Positions 1 to 8,753 of a stretch of 64,000 bases of DNA are shown piece by piece. Under the pieces are notes generated by a model that was given only the letters and a program-made list of their open reading frames with translations, made no database searches and was not told where the DNA came from. This DNA is from Candidatus Poribacteria bacterium (GTDB lineage Bacteria > Poribacteria > WGA-4E > GCA-2687025), in contig OY762492.1 of assembly GCA_963665845.2 (NCBI GenBank), positions 1,568,001 through 1,632,000 on the forward strand. Reading direction: 5' to 3'. Numbering within the stretch: position 1 is the first letter of the stretch; each line of letters begins with the position of its first letter. Both the position numbers and the translations under genes were made by a program.

Positions 1-73
1 ACACGGCGGCGTTCACAAAAAACGAAAAGAAACCCAGCGCGACCGCAAACAACGCGATGAACATCGTCTGCAT
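1..73 (-). CDS. N-terminal fragment of a membrane/secreted protein (runs off window)
   Basis: ATG at 73-71 overlaps the stop of the upstream gene (TAATG); reads MQTMFIALFAVALGFFSFFVNAAV, hydrophobic. Confidence 0.55.
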   Translation of the reverse strand, partial: MQTMFIALFAVALGFFSFFVNAAV

Positions 74-495
74 TAGGGCGCCCCCTTCAGCCAGTACCCG
101 TAAATCAGCAGATTTTTAATGTCCCCCGACACCCCCGACACATGCGGCTTGGAGGCGCGGTTTGGGCTAGGTTTCATATTCAGAACGCGCACCGCGTCCC
201 CTTCCATGCCGATGTTCAGCGTGAACGGCTTATTGAACCGCCCGTTGAGCTCTTTCACCATCTCCCACTTGCTTTCCGGCGTCCGCACCCATACCTGAAA
301 TCTGCGCAGCGGTTCCCGCGGCACAATCTCCACCTTCCGTATATCCGCCGCTTGGGGCAGCGTCACGGTCGTACGCGGGTACGCCGCGCTTCCAGGCGAC
401 AGCCCCGACTCCATCGCGCCGTCAGGGTCCAGACGCGGAAGGCTTGCCGAGCAGCCCAAAAATGCCGCCAACGCCATAACGAAAACTGCTCTCAT
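73..495 (-). CDS. hypothetical lipoprotein
   Basis: 140 aa ORF with signal peptide and lipobox-like FLGC. Confidence 0.7.
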   Translation of the reverse strand: MRAVFVMALAAFLGCSASLPRLDPDGAMESGLSPGSAAYPRTTVTLPQAADIRKVEIVPREPLRRFQVWVRTPESKWEMVKELNGRFNKPFTLNIGMEGDAVRVLNMKPSPNRASKPHVSGVSGDIKNLLIYGYWLKGAP

Positions 496-511
496 TCTAC
501 AACCCCGCTGT

Positions 512-679
512 CTGACCTCCTGCGTAAAGTTGGGACATCTGAACGGACAAAGCCTTTATTCATGGGAAAAAAGCGTCGCCATCCAGACCGTCATTCCCGC
601 GTAAGCGGGAATCCAGAGGCGTCACAGACGACGTCCGCATCCATCCGCCGGCATGTCCCAACTAAAGACGTAAGATCAG
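512..679. mobile_element. MITE-like element (CTGACC...GATCAG ends) containing a dRS3-like palindrome
   Basis: Imperfect terminal inverted repeats around AAAGTTGGGACA/TGTCCCAACTAA; flanked by CGCTGT/CGCTGC; homologous inverted copy at 33645-33812. Confidence 0.65.
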
Positions 680-728
680 CGCTGCCTGCGCCGCCTTAGC
701 TTTTTAAAGAATAACACATTTGGCGGAG

Positions 729-757
729 TTGCGCAAAACTTGCCCATCCTCTATACT
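729..757 (+). promoter_or_regulatory. sigma70-type promoter
   Basis: TTGCGC-17 nt-TATACT upstream of dehydratase gene. Confidence 0.55.
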
Positions 758-820
758 GCGCCTGCGCCTTTAAGTTGGGACATCGCTGCCCGTAATATAT
801 AACGTATAAGGAGCGTTCGC

Positions 821-2023
821 ATGCCCCCCGTCACGATTCAAGATGTGCGCGTCATTGCGGCGCAGCCCGCCGGCTCCCGCCTTCTCATTGTCAAGGTACT
901 CACCTCGGAGGATGGCCTCTACGGCGTTGGATGCGCCACCTTCACGCAGCGGTTTCACGCTGTCATCGCGGCGGTCGAGAAACATCTCAAGCCGTTTCTG
1001 ATTGGGCGCGACGTCTCCCGCATCGAAGAGATTTGGCAGATGTCCATGGTACACGGCTATTGGCGAAACGGGCCGGTTTTGAGCAACGCGGTCTCCGGCG
1101 TTGACCAAGCGCTCTGGGACATCAAGGGCAAACGGGCAGGCATGCCGGTCTATGAACTCCTCGGCGGAAAATGCAGAGAAGCGGCTGCAGTGTATGTCCA
1201 TGCCGGCGGAAACTCCCCTGAAGCCGTCTCCGACAGCGTCCAGCGGTTCATGGAGGAGGGATATCGATACATCCGCTGTCAGATGGGCGGATACGGCGGC
1301 GGCGCGCCGCGCATTCCAAAACCGGAAGGCGCCCCCGACGGCGCCTATTACGACCGCCGAGAATACGCCCGCGGCGTCCTGCGCATGCTTGAGCGCGTCC
1401 GAAACGATGTCGGAGAGGAAGTGGAACTGCTCCATGACATCCATGAACGGCTGCACCCCATCGAAGCGGTTCAACTGGCAAAAGACGTCGAACGGTTCAA
1501 GCTGTTCTTTTTAGAAGACCCGCTCGCGCCGGAGGATCTGGACTGGTTCCGAAACATCCGCCAGCAGTGCGCAACGCCCATCGCCATGGGCGAACTGTTT
1601 AACAACCCGCGCGAATGGCAGCCGCTCATCGCCGACCGGCTCATCGATTTCATACGCATGCATGTGAGTCAAATGGGCGGGCTGACGCCGGCGCGGCATG
1701 TGGCGGCGTTTGCGAACATGTTCGGCGTCCGCACGGCGTGGCACGGTCCGGGGGACACCTCTCCCGTCGGACATGCCGCAAATCTGCATCTTGACCTGTG
1801 GGCGCCGAACTTCGGCATCCAAGAATGGTGCAGTTTCAACGATCTCGTGTACGAGGTTTTCCCGGGTACGCCCGAAGTTCGCAACGGGTATATGTATCCG
1901 AACAGCGCGCCAGGGCTCGGCATTGATGTCAACGAAGAGCTGGCGGCGAAATACCCATGCAAGGACGCCGTTGAGCAGTGGACGCAGACGCGCCTGCCGG
2001 ACGGAAGCCCCGCCCGCCCTTGA
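821..2023 (+). CDS. mandelate racemase/enolase superfamily acid-sugar dehydratase (RspA/ManD-like)
   Basis: YWRNGPV, SGVDQALWDIKGK, LLHDIHER, FFLEDP, GELF, HGPGDTSPVG motifs. Confidence 0.9.
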   Translation: MPPVTIQDVRVIAAQPAGSRLLIVKVLTSEDGLYGVGCATFTQRFHAVIAAVEKHLKPFLIGRDVSRIEEIWQMSMVHGYWRNGPVLSNAVSGVDQALWDIKGKRAGMPVYELLGGKCREAAAVYVHAGGNSPEAVSDSVQRFMEEGYRYIRCQMGGYGGGAPRIPKPEGAPDGAYYDRREYARGVLRMLERVRNDVGEEVELLHDIHERLHPIEAVQLAKDVERFKLFFLEDPLAPEDLDWFRNIRQQCATPIAMGELFNNPREWQPLIADRLIDFIRMHVSQMGGLTPARHVAAFANMFGVRTAWHGPGDTSPVGHAANLHLDLWAPNFGIQEWCSFNDLVYEVFPGTPEVRNGYMYPNSAPGLGIDVNEELAAKYPCKDAVEQWTQTRLPDGSPARP

Positions 2024-2052
2024 CGCTGTCATTCAAATCAAGGCTTCTCGCT

Positions 2053-2090
2053 GTCATTCCCGCCCCTGCGGTAAAACGCGCGGGAATCTA
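2053..2090. repeat. variant dRS3-like palindrome
   Basis: GTCATTCCCGC...GCGGGAATC with enlarged loop. Confidence 0.65.
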
Positions 2091-2174
2091 GAGTTTCCCA
2101 GACAGCCTTTGCGTTCCAAAACGGCTCTAAAATGAAAATTATCGTCTATAGAGACCGCCAAAAAACGATTTAAT

Positions 2175-2203
2175 TTGACAACCCCCGCGGCTGCAAGTAT
2201 GCT
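2175..2203 (+). promoter_or_regulatory. sigma70 promoter of ileS operon
   Basis: TTGACA-17 nt-TATGCT. Confidence 0.75.
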
Positions 2204-2232
2204 TTATGTAGGTCGTATCTGAGAGATGGACG

Positions 2233-2325
2233 ATGATGTTTGCAAACCGCGTCAAAACGCTTCGACTTATTGACTGCCCCATTTTGCGGGGCGAAATAGG
2301 CGGCGGGCGGGCAAACAACGGCTAA
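2233..2325 (+). promoter_or_regulatory. putative leader peptide / structured 5' leader of ileS
   Basis: MMFANRVKTLRLIDCPILRGEIGGGRANNG*; GGCGGCGGGCGGGC can pair with the 5' arm of the downstream terminator. Confidence 0.5.
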
Positions 2326-2354
2326 GTTCTCTCAGGAATTTCAAAGCATGGTTG

Positions 2355-2390
2355 AAGCCCATCGCCGCTCACAGCGGGATGGGCTTTTTT
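2355..2390 (+). terminator. intrinsic terminator/attenuator upstream of ileS
   Basis: AAGCCCATC(G)CCGCT-CAC-AGCGGGATGGGCTT followed by T run. Confidence 0.8.
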
Positions 2391-2415
2391 GTTAAATTAG
2401 GCAAGGAGAGCGCCC

Positions 2416-5400
2416 ATGGCTCCGCGCTTCAAAGAGATCGCCCCAGGCTTGAATCGTCCGCAGCGAGAAGAAGCGGTCATCCAATTCTGGCGCGGCAACC
2501 GCATTTTTCAAAAATCGGTCGACAACAGGCGCGCCGATAAACCGTTTGTCTTCCTAGAAGGACCGCCGACCGCAAACGGAAAACCAGGCGTCCATCATAT
2601 CCTCTCCCGCGCCATGAAAGACCTGGTCTGCCGATACAAAACCATGACGGGACACCTTGTCGAACGCAAAGGCGGATGGGACACGCACGGTCTGCCTGTC
2701 GAAATCGAAGTGGAGAAGGCTCTCGGACTGGACGGGAAAAAAGAAATTGAGCAGTACGGCGTCCGGGAGTTCGTTGAAAAATGCCGCGAAAGCGTCTTCG
2801 CCTATGAACAAGACTGGAAAAAAATCACCGAACGCATCGGCTTCTGGATCGACATGGAGAACCCGTACATCACCTGCCGCAACGAGTACATTGAATCGGT
2901 CTGGTGGATTCTCAAGCAGATGTGGACCGAGGGGCTGCTCTACGAAGGGCATAAGGTTGTGCCGTACTGCCCCCGCTGCGGAACGGCGCTCTCAAGCCAT
3001 GAGGTCGCCCAAGGCTACGGCGAAGCGGAAGACCTGTCCGTCTATGTGAAATTTCGCGCCGAAGAGGACCCGAACCATTTCTATCTTGTTTGGACGACCA
3101 CCCCGTGGACGCTGCCGTCCAACGCCGCCTTAGCGGTGAAGCCGGACGCCGACTACGCCCGCGTCCAATGCGGCGCCGAAACATGGACGCTCGCCGCCGA
3201 ACTCGCCCCGAAGGTTCTGGACGGCATGGACGCGCAGATTGTCAAAACCGAAAAGGGAAGCGAACTGATCGGACGGCGTTATGAGCCGTTGTTCCCGTTC
3301 GCCGGCGACTTTGAAAACGCTTATCAGGTGATCGGAGCCGAGTTTGTGACGATGGAGGACGGAACCGGCATCGTCCATATCGCCCCCGCCTTCGGACAGG
3401 ACGACTACGAGACGGGGCAGGCGCATGGGCTGCCGGTCATCCAGCTGGTGGACGAGGCGGGGCGGTTCATCAAAGAGGCGGAGCCGTGGGCGGGCGTTTT
3501 TGTGAAGGACGCCGACCCAGAGATCGCCGCCGACCTGAAAAAACGGGGACAGCTGCTCAAATCGGAGCGGTACACGCATGAGTACCCGTTCTGCTGGCGG
3601 TGCGATTCCCCCCTGCTGTACTACGCCCGCGCCTCATGGTTCATCAAAACGACCGCGTACAAAGACCGCATGGCGGAGCTGAACGACCAGGTGAACTGGC
3701 GCCCCGATCATATCCGCCGCGGACGGTTCGGCGAATGGCTTCGCAACAATGTGGACTGGGCGGTCTCGCGCGAACGTTACTGGGGAACGCCGCTCCCGAT
3801 CTGGAGATGCGGAGAATGCGGCGGCGCGGAATGCTTCGGCAGCGTGGACGAGCTGAAGGAGCGGGCGGCAAACTTCCCAGACGAGCTGGATCTGCACCGC
3901 CCGTATATCGACGAAATAGAGGTTGAATGCGCCGACTGCGGCGGCGGCATGCGGCGCATCCCAGAAGTGGCGGACGCATGGTTCGATTCAGGCAGCGCGC
4001 ATACCGCCCAGTGGCATGCCCCGTTTGAAAACGAACAGAAACAGCGCGCCAATTACCCCGCCGACTTCATCTCCGAAGCCATCGACCAGACCCGCGGCTG
4101 GTTCTACAACCTGCTTGCGACAGCGACGTTTCTCTACGATGAGACGCCGTTTCGCAACTGCCTCTGCCTTGAGCTGGTTCTGGGCGAAGACGGACAGAAG
4201 ATGAGCAAGAGCCGAGGCAACGCGGTCGACCCATGGACGGTTCTCAACAAGCATGGCGCGGACGCGGTGCGCTGGAACTTCTACACCGCCGCGCCGCCAT
4301 GGCAGCCGCGCATCTACAGCGAAGCGGGCGTCGCCGAATCGCTCAACAAGTATCTCGGAACGCTCCAAAACATGTGCGCCTTCTTTGCGATGTATGCGAA
4401 CGCGGAGAATGTGGACCCGACGAAGAACGCGCCGCCCGTTGAGCAGCGTCCAGCGATGGACAGATGGGCGGTCTCCCGCTTTCATTCGACGGCGCGGGAG
4501 GTTTTTAAAGAGATGGAAGATTATCAGATCACGCGCGCCGCGCGCGCTTTGGATCGTTTCGTGGACGATCTTAGCAACTGGTATGTGCGCCGCTCGCGCA
4601 GCCGTTTCTGGGGGTCGGCGGACGAGGCGGACGCGCTCGCGGCGTTTGCGACGCTGCATGAAACCTTAACGGGGGCGGCGCTGTTGACGGCTCCCTTCAC
4701 CCCGTTTGCGGCGGAAGAAATCCATCAAAACCTGGTACGCGCCGTCAACCCTGACGCGCCGGAAAGCGTCCATCTCTGCGCATTCCCCGCGGCTGACGAA
4801 CGACTCATCGATGCCGATCTGGAGAGCGCGATGGAAACGGCGAGGCGCGTCACGCTCATGGGCAGGGCGGCGCGCAGCGACAGCAAAATCCGCACCCGGC
4901 AACCGCTCTCCCGCATCATCCTCGGCGGATTCAGCGAAGCGGAAAGGGAGTCGATGAACGAACTGACATCCATCGCCCTGGAGGAGCTGAACGTCAAGGC
5001 GGTCGAATGGGGCGGCAATCTGAACGACTTTGCGGCGTATGAAGCGAAGCCGAATTTCAAAACGCTCGGACCGAAGCATGGCAAAGCGGTTCAGCTGATC
5101 GCGCGCGCCGTCCAAACCGCGGACGCGGCGCAGCTGAAACGGGACGCGGACAAACATGGACAGGCGCGCCTCCAAACCGAAGCGGGCGAGTTCGTCCTGG
5201 AGCCGGACGATTTCAGCGTCTCCATGCGCAGCCGAGAGGGTTACGCGGTCGTCTCAAACGGCGCCGCGTTTGCCGCGCTCGATTTGACGATGACGCCTGA
5301 ACTGATACTGGAAGGGCGGGCGCGCGAACTGGTCAACCGCATTCAAGCGATGCGCAAAGAGGAGGGCTTCCATGTAGCAGACCGAATCGCGCTCACCTTT

Positions 5401-5568
5401 GAGGGCGACGGCGACGCGAAACGCGCCTTTGAAAACCTGCAGGGCAACATCATGCGCGAAACGCTGGCTGTTCAGATTGACGACCAGCCGAAAGAAGGGG
5501 CGTATGTCAAAGAAGCGGAGATCGACGGCGACAAGGCGAAGCTCTCGGTGCGGAGGGTGGACGCATGA
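2416..5568 (+). CDS. ileS: isoleucine--tRNA ligase, type 2
   Basis: 1050 aa; GPPTANG, GWDTHGLP, WTTTPWT, GTGIVH, DQTRGWF, KMSKS; HIGH motif reads GVHH. Confidence 0.97.
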   Translation: MAPRFKEIAPGLNRPQREEAVIQFWRGNRIFQKSVDNRRADKPFVFLEGPPTANGKPGVHHILSRAMKDLVCRYKTMTGHLVERKGGWDTHGLPVEIEVEKALGLDGKKEIEQYGVREFVEKCRESVFAYEQDWKKITERIGFWIDMENPYITCRNEYIESVWWILKQMWTEGLLYEGHKVVPYCPRCGTALSSHEVAQGYGEAEDLSVYVKFRAEEDPNHFYLVWTTTPWTLPSNAALAVKPDADYARVQCGAETWTLAAELAPKVLDGMDAQIVKTEKGSELIGRRYEPLFPFAGDFENAYQVIGAEFVTMEDGTGIVHIAPAFGQDDYETGQAHGLPVIQLVDEAGRFIKEAEPWAGVFVKDADPEIAADLKKRGQLLKSERYTHEYPFCWRCDSPLLYYARASWFIKTTAYKDRMAELNDQVNWRPDHIRRGRFGEWLRNNVDWAVSRERYWGTPLPIWRCGECGGAECFGSVDELKERAANFPDELDLHRPYIDEIEVECADCGGGMRRIPEVADAWFDSGSAHTAQWHAPFENEQKQRANYPADFISEAIDQTRGWFYNLLATATFLYDETPFRNCLCLELVLGEDGQKMSKSRGNAVDPWTVLNKHGADAVRWNFYTAAPPWQPRIYSEAGVAESLNKYLGTLQNMCAFFAMYANAENVDPTKNAPPVEQRPAMDRWAVSRFHSTAREVFKEMEDYQITRAARALDRFVDDLSNWYVRRSRSRFWGSADEADALAAFATLHETLTGAALLTAPFTPFAAEEIHQNLVRAVNPDAPESVHLCAFPAADERLIDADLESAMETARRVTLMGRAARSDSKIRTRQPLSRIILGGFSEAERESMNELTSIALEELNVKAVEWGGNLNDFAAYEAKPNFKTLGPKHGKAVQLIARAVQTADAAQLKRDADKHGQARLQTEAGEFVLEPDDFSVSMRSREGYAVVSNGAAFAALDLTMTPELILEGRARELVNRIQAMRKEEGFHVADRIALTFEGDGDAKRAFENLQGNIMRETLAVQIDDQPKEGAYVKEAEIDGDKAKLSVRRVDA

Positions 5569-6104
5569 AAAAACGACCGGTTGAAGTGCGAATAGAGCCG
5601 ATAGAAATGAAGCATGCGCCGTTCATACAGCGGTATGCGGCGGAAGCCGACATCGCCGCCACAATGCACCACATACCGGATCCTCTTCCAGAAAACTGGG
5701 GGGAGGAGTTCGTTCGCGATGTGATGCGCCGTCGGGCAGAAGACTCCGCTTTTGTTTACGCCGTGTACAACAATGAAACATTTGTCGGCGCGTGCGGCAT
5801 TGGAGCGTCCGAAGAGCGCGCCTATCTGGCTTATTGGATCGGAAAGCCGTTTTGGGGTCAAGGCTACGGATCTGCGGCGGCGTTTGCCGTCTTGAGTCGC
5901 GTCTTTTCAGAACAGGGTTACCCGCTCGTCGCCGCAGGCAGCTATATCCACAACCCCGCCTCGATACGCATTCTCGAAAAATGCGGCTTTCAATATGAAA
6001 GAACCGAGGAGAGAGAACGAGGCGCAATTAACTGGTACCTTTTGAAACGGGACGATTTCAACCGCATCGTTCAAACAAGGGAGAAAAGCGGCGATGAAAC
6101 ATAA
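5565..6104 (+). CDS. GNAT acetyltransferase, RimJ/RimL family (copy 1 of 7)
   Basis: YWIGKPFWGQGYG and HNPASIRILEKCGF motifs; ATGA overlap with ileS. Confidence 0.92.
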   Translation: MKKRPVEVRIEPIEMKHAPFIQRYAAEADIAATMHHIPDPLPENWGEEFVRDVMRRRAEDSAFVYAVYNNETFVGACGIGASEERAYLAYWIGKPFWGQGYGSAAAFAVLSRVFSEQGYPLVAAGSYIHNPASIRILEKCGFQYERTEERERGAINWYLLKRDDFNRIVQTREKSGDET

Positions 6105-6624
6105 AACGCCCGATGTGCGAATCGAGCCGCTGGAAATGAAACATGCGCCGCTCTTGCAGCGGTATGCGTCCGACGCCGCCATCGCCGCCACAACGCTTGT
6201 GCCGCATCCATTGCCGGAAAACTGGGGAGAAAGATGGGCGCGCGGCGCGATGCGCTATCGGAATGAAGGCTCCTATTTTTGTTATGCCGTGTACAACGGG
6301 GAAACATTTGTCGGCTTGTGCGCCGTTGGGCAGTACCGAGGGAAGCCCGAAATTCATTACTGGATCGGGAAGCCGTTCTGGGGTCAAGGTTACGGAACCG
6401 CGGCGGCGTTTGCCGTCTTGAAGCGGGTCTTTTCAGAACAGGGTTATCCTGCCATCGCCGCCTCCAGCTACACCCACAACCCGGCGTCCATGCGCATTCT
6501 TGAAAAATGCGGATTCCAACCCAACGGAACCGAAGAGGAAGAGCGCGGAACATTGGCGCATTACATTTTGAAACGGGACGACTTCAACCGCATTGAGCAA
6601 GCGAGGGCGGAAGAAAATGGTTAA
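6094..6624 (+). CDS. GNAT acetyltransferase, RimJ/RimL family (copy 2 of 7)
   Basis: same motifs; overlaps copy 1. Confidence 0.92.
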   Translation: MKHKTPDVRIEPLEMKHAPLLQRYASDAAIAATTLVPHPLPENWGERWARGAMRYRNEGSYFCYAVYNGETFVGLCAVGQYRGKPEIHYWIGKPFWGQGYGTAAAFAVLKRVFSEQGYPAIAASSYTHNPASMRILEKCGFQPNGTEEEERGTLAHYILKRDDFNRIEQARAEENG

Positions 6625-7150
6625 AAAGAAAGCGGCGTCGGTGCAGATCGAACCGCTGGAGATGCGCCATGCGCCGTTCTTGCAGCGGTATGCGTCCGAC
6701 GCCGCCATCGCCGCCACGACACCCATCCCGCACCCTTTGCCGGAAAACTGGGGAGAGAACGCGGCGCGCCGCGCGATGTTTGCGCGGGATGAAGGCTCCT
6801 ATTTTTGTTATGCCGTGTACAACGGGGAAACATTTGTCGGTCTATGCTCCGTTGGGCTGCTTCAAGAGCGTCCCGAACTTTATTACTTTATCGGCAAGCC
6901 GTTCTGGGGGCGCGGATACGGATATGCGGCGGCGCTCGCTGTCTTGAAGCGCGTCTTTTCAGAACAGGGGTACCCGATCATCGTCGCGCGCTGCCTGACT
7001 CACAACCCAGCCTCGATGCGCATTCTTGAAAAATGCGGATTCCAACCCAATGGAACCGAAGAGGAAGAGCGCGGAACATTGGCGCATTACATTTTGAAAC
7101 GGGACGACTTCAACCGCATTGAGCAAGCGAGGGCGGGCAAAGATGGTTAA
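6617..7150 (+). CDS. GNAT acetyltransferase, RimJ/RimL family (copy 3 of 7)
   Basis: same motifs; start at MVKKK overlapping stop of copy 2. Confidence 0.92.
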   Translation: MVKKKAASVQIEPLEMRHAPFLQRYASDAAIAATTPIPHPLPENWGENAARRAMFARDEGSYFCYAVYNGETFVGLCSVGLLQERPELYYFIGKPFWGRGYGYAAALAVLKRVFSEQGYPIIVARCLTHNPASMRILEKCGFQPNGTEEEERGTLAHYILKRDDFNRIEQARAGKDG

Positions 7151-7676
7151 AAAGAAAGCGGCGCCGGTGCGGATCGAACCGCTAGAGATGCGCCATGCGC
7201 CGTTCTTGCAGCGGTATGCGTCCGACCCTGACATTGCCGCCATGACAACCGTCCCGCACCCGTACCCTGAAAACGGCGGAGAGGAGTTTGCGCGCATGGA
7301 GATGCGCAAACGCGCGGAAGGCGACCCGTTCACCTACGCCGTCTATGCCGGCGAAAACTTTGTCGGGACATGCGGCGTCGGGTTGGACAAATGCAACGAC
7401 CAAGGGCTGCCCGAACTGGGATACTGGATCGCCAAGCCGTTCTGGGGGCGCGGATACGGATACGCGGCGGCGCTCGCCGTGTTGACGCGCGTCTTTTCAG
7501 AACGCGGCTATCCGATCATCCTCGCGCGGTGCCATGAACACAATCCCGCCTCGATACGCATCCTTGAAAAATGCGGCTTTCAACCCGACGGATCCGAAAC
7601 GGACGAACGAGGCATATGGTTCTGTTATCTTTTGAAACAGAACGATTTCAACCGCATCGTTCCAACGAAGGAGTGA
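7143..7676 (+). CDS. GNAT acetyltransferase, RimJ/RimL family (copy 4 of 7)
   Basis: ELGYWIAKPFWGRGYG, HNPASIRILEKCGF. Confidence 0.92.
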   Translation: MVKKKAAPVRIEPLEMRHAPFLQRYASDPDIAAMTTVPHPYPENGGEEFARMEMRKRAEGDPFTYAVYAGENFVGTCGVGLDKCNDQGLPELGYWIAKPFWGRGYGYAAALAVLTRVFSERGYPIILARCHEHNPASIRILEKCGFQPDGSETDERGIWFCYLLKQNDFNRIVPTKE

Positions 7677-7680
7677 AGCG

Positions 7681-8214
7681 ATGAGTAAAAAGAAAACGCC
7701 CAACGTTCGAATAGAGCCGCTGGAAATGAAACATGCGCCGTTCATACAGCGGTATGCGTCCGACGCCGACGTCGCCGCCATGGCAAATCTTCCGCGCCCG
7801 TACCCCGAAAACGGGGGCGAGGAGTTTGTCCGATACGATCAGGATAGACGCGAAAAAGGCGTCTCGTTCACCTACGCCGCGATGGACGAAGCCTCTTTCG
7901 TCGGCGTCTGCGGAGTCGCGACGAACAAGCCCGGCAGAGAAGGTCAGCCGGAGATTGGCTACTGGATCGGCAAGCCGTTTTGGGGTCAAGGTTACGGAAC
8001 CGCGGCGGCGCGCGCTGTCTTGTCGCGCGTCTTTTCAGAACAGGATTGGCCGTTCGTCGCCGCGCGCAGCCTGACTCACAACCCGGCGTCGATACGCATT
8101 CTCGAAAAATGCGGCTTCCAGTATCAAAAAACGGAAGAAAACGCAGTCGGCGAATTCGCATGCTATCTCCTCAAAAAGGACGATTTTATGCAAAACTCTC
8201 AAAAGGCAGAGTAA
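7681..8214 (+). CDS. GNAT acetyltransferase, RimJ/RimL family (copy 5 of 7)
   Basis: EIGYWIGKPFWGQGYG; AAGGAG RBS. Confidence 0.92.
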   Translation: MSKKKTPNVRIEPLEMKHAPFIQRYASDADVAAMANLPRPYPENGGEEFVRYDQDRREKGVSFTYAAMDEASFVGVCGVATNKPGREGQPEIGYWIGKPFWGQGYGTAAARAVLSRVFSEQDWPFVAARSLTHNPASIRILEKCGFQYQKTEENAVGEFACYLLKKDDFMQNSQKAE

Positions 8215-8215
8215 A

Positions 8216-8749
8216 ATGAGCATAAAGAAAACGCCTGATGTGCAGTTGGAGCCGCTGGAAATGAAACATGCGCCGTTCATACAGCGGTATGCGTCCGACG
8301 CCGATGTCGCCGCCATGGCAAATCTTCCGCGCCCGTACCCCGAAAACGGCGGCGAAGAGTTTATCCGATACGATCAGGACAGACGGGAAAAAGGCGTCTC
8401 GTTCACCTACGCTGTGATGGACGGGGACTCTCTCGTCGGCGTCTGCGGAGTCGCGACGAACAAGCCCGGCAGAGAAGGTCAGCCGGAGATTGGCTACTGG
8501 ATCGGCAAGCCGTTTTGGGGTCAAGGTTACGGAACCGCGGCGGCGCGCGCTGTCTTGTCGCGCGTCTTTTCAGAACAGGATTGGCCGTTCGTCGCCGCGC
8601 GCAGCCTGACTCACAACCCGGCGTCGATGCGCATTCTCGAAAAATGCGGATTTCAACCAAACGGAACCGAACAGGATGAGCGCGGAACGCTGGCGCTCTA
8701 CATTTTGAAACAGGACGATTTCAACCCCGCCCCTCAAACGAAGGAGTGA
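8216..8749 (+). CDS. GNAT acetyltransferase, RimJ/RimL family (copy 6 of 7)
   Basis: core nearly identical to copy 5. Confidence 0.92.
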   Translation: MSIKKTPDVQLEPLEMKHAPFIQRYASDADVAAMANLPRPYPENGGEEFIRYDQDRREKGVSFTYAVMDGDSLVGVCGVATNKPGREGQPEIGYWIGKPFWGQGYGTAAARAVLSRVFSEQDWPFVAARSLTHNPASMRILEKCGFQPNGTEQDERGTLALYILKQDDFNPAPQTKE

Positions 8750-8753
8750 ATCC

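Noticed and set aside
142-699. 185-aa ORF similar to the 33610-33984 ORF
   Set aside because: Similarity comes from translating the shared MITE/REP sequence.
2205-2395. Canonical T-box riboswitch
   Set aside because: No GGTGGNACC antiterminator motif recognised.
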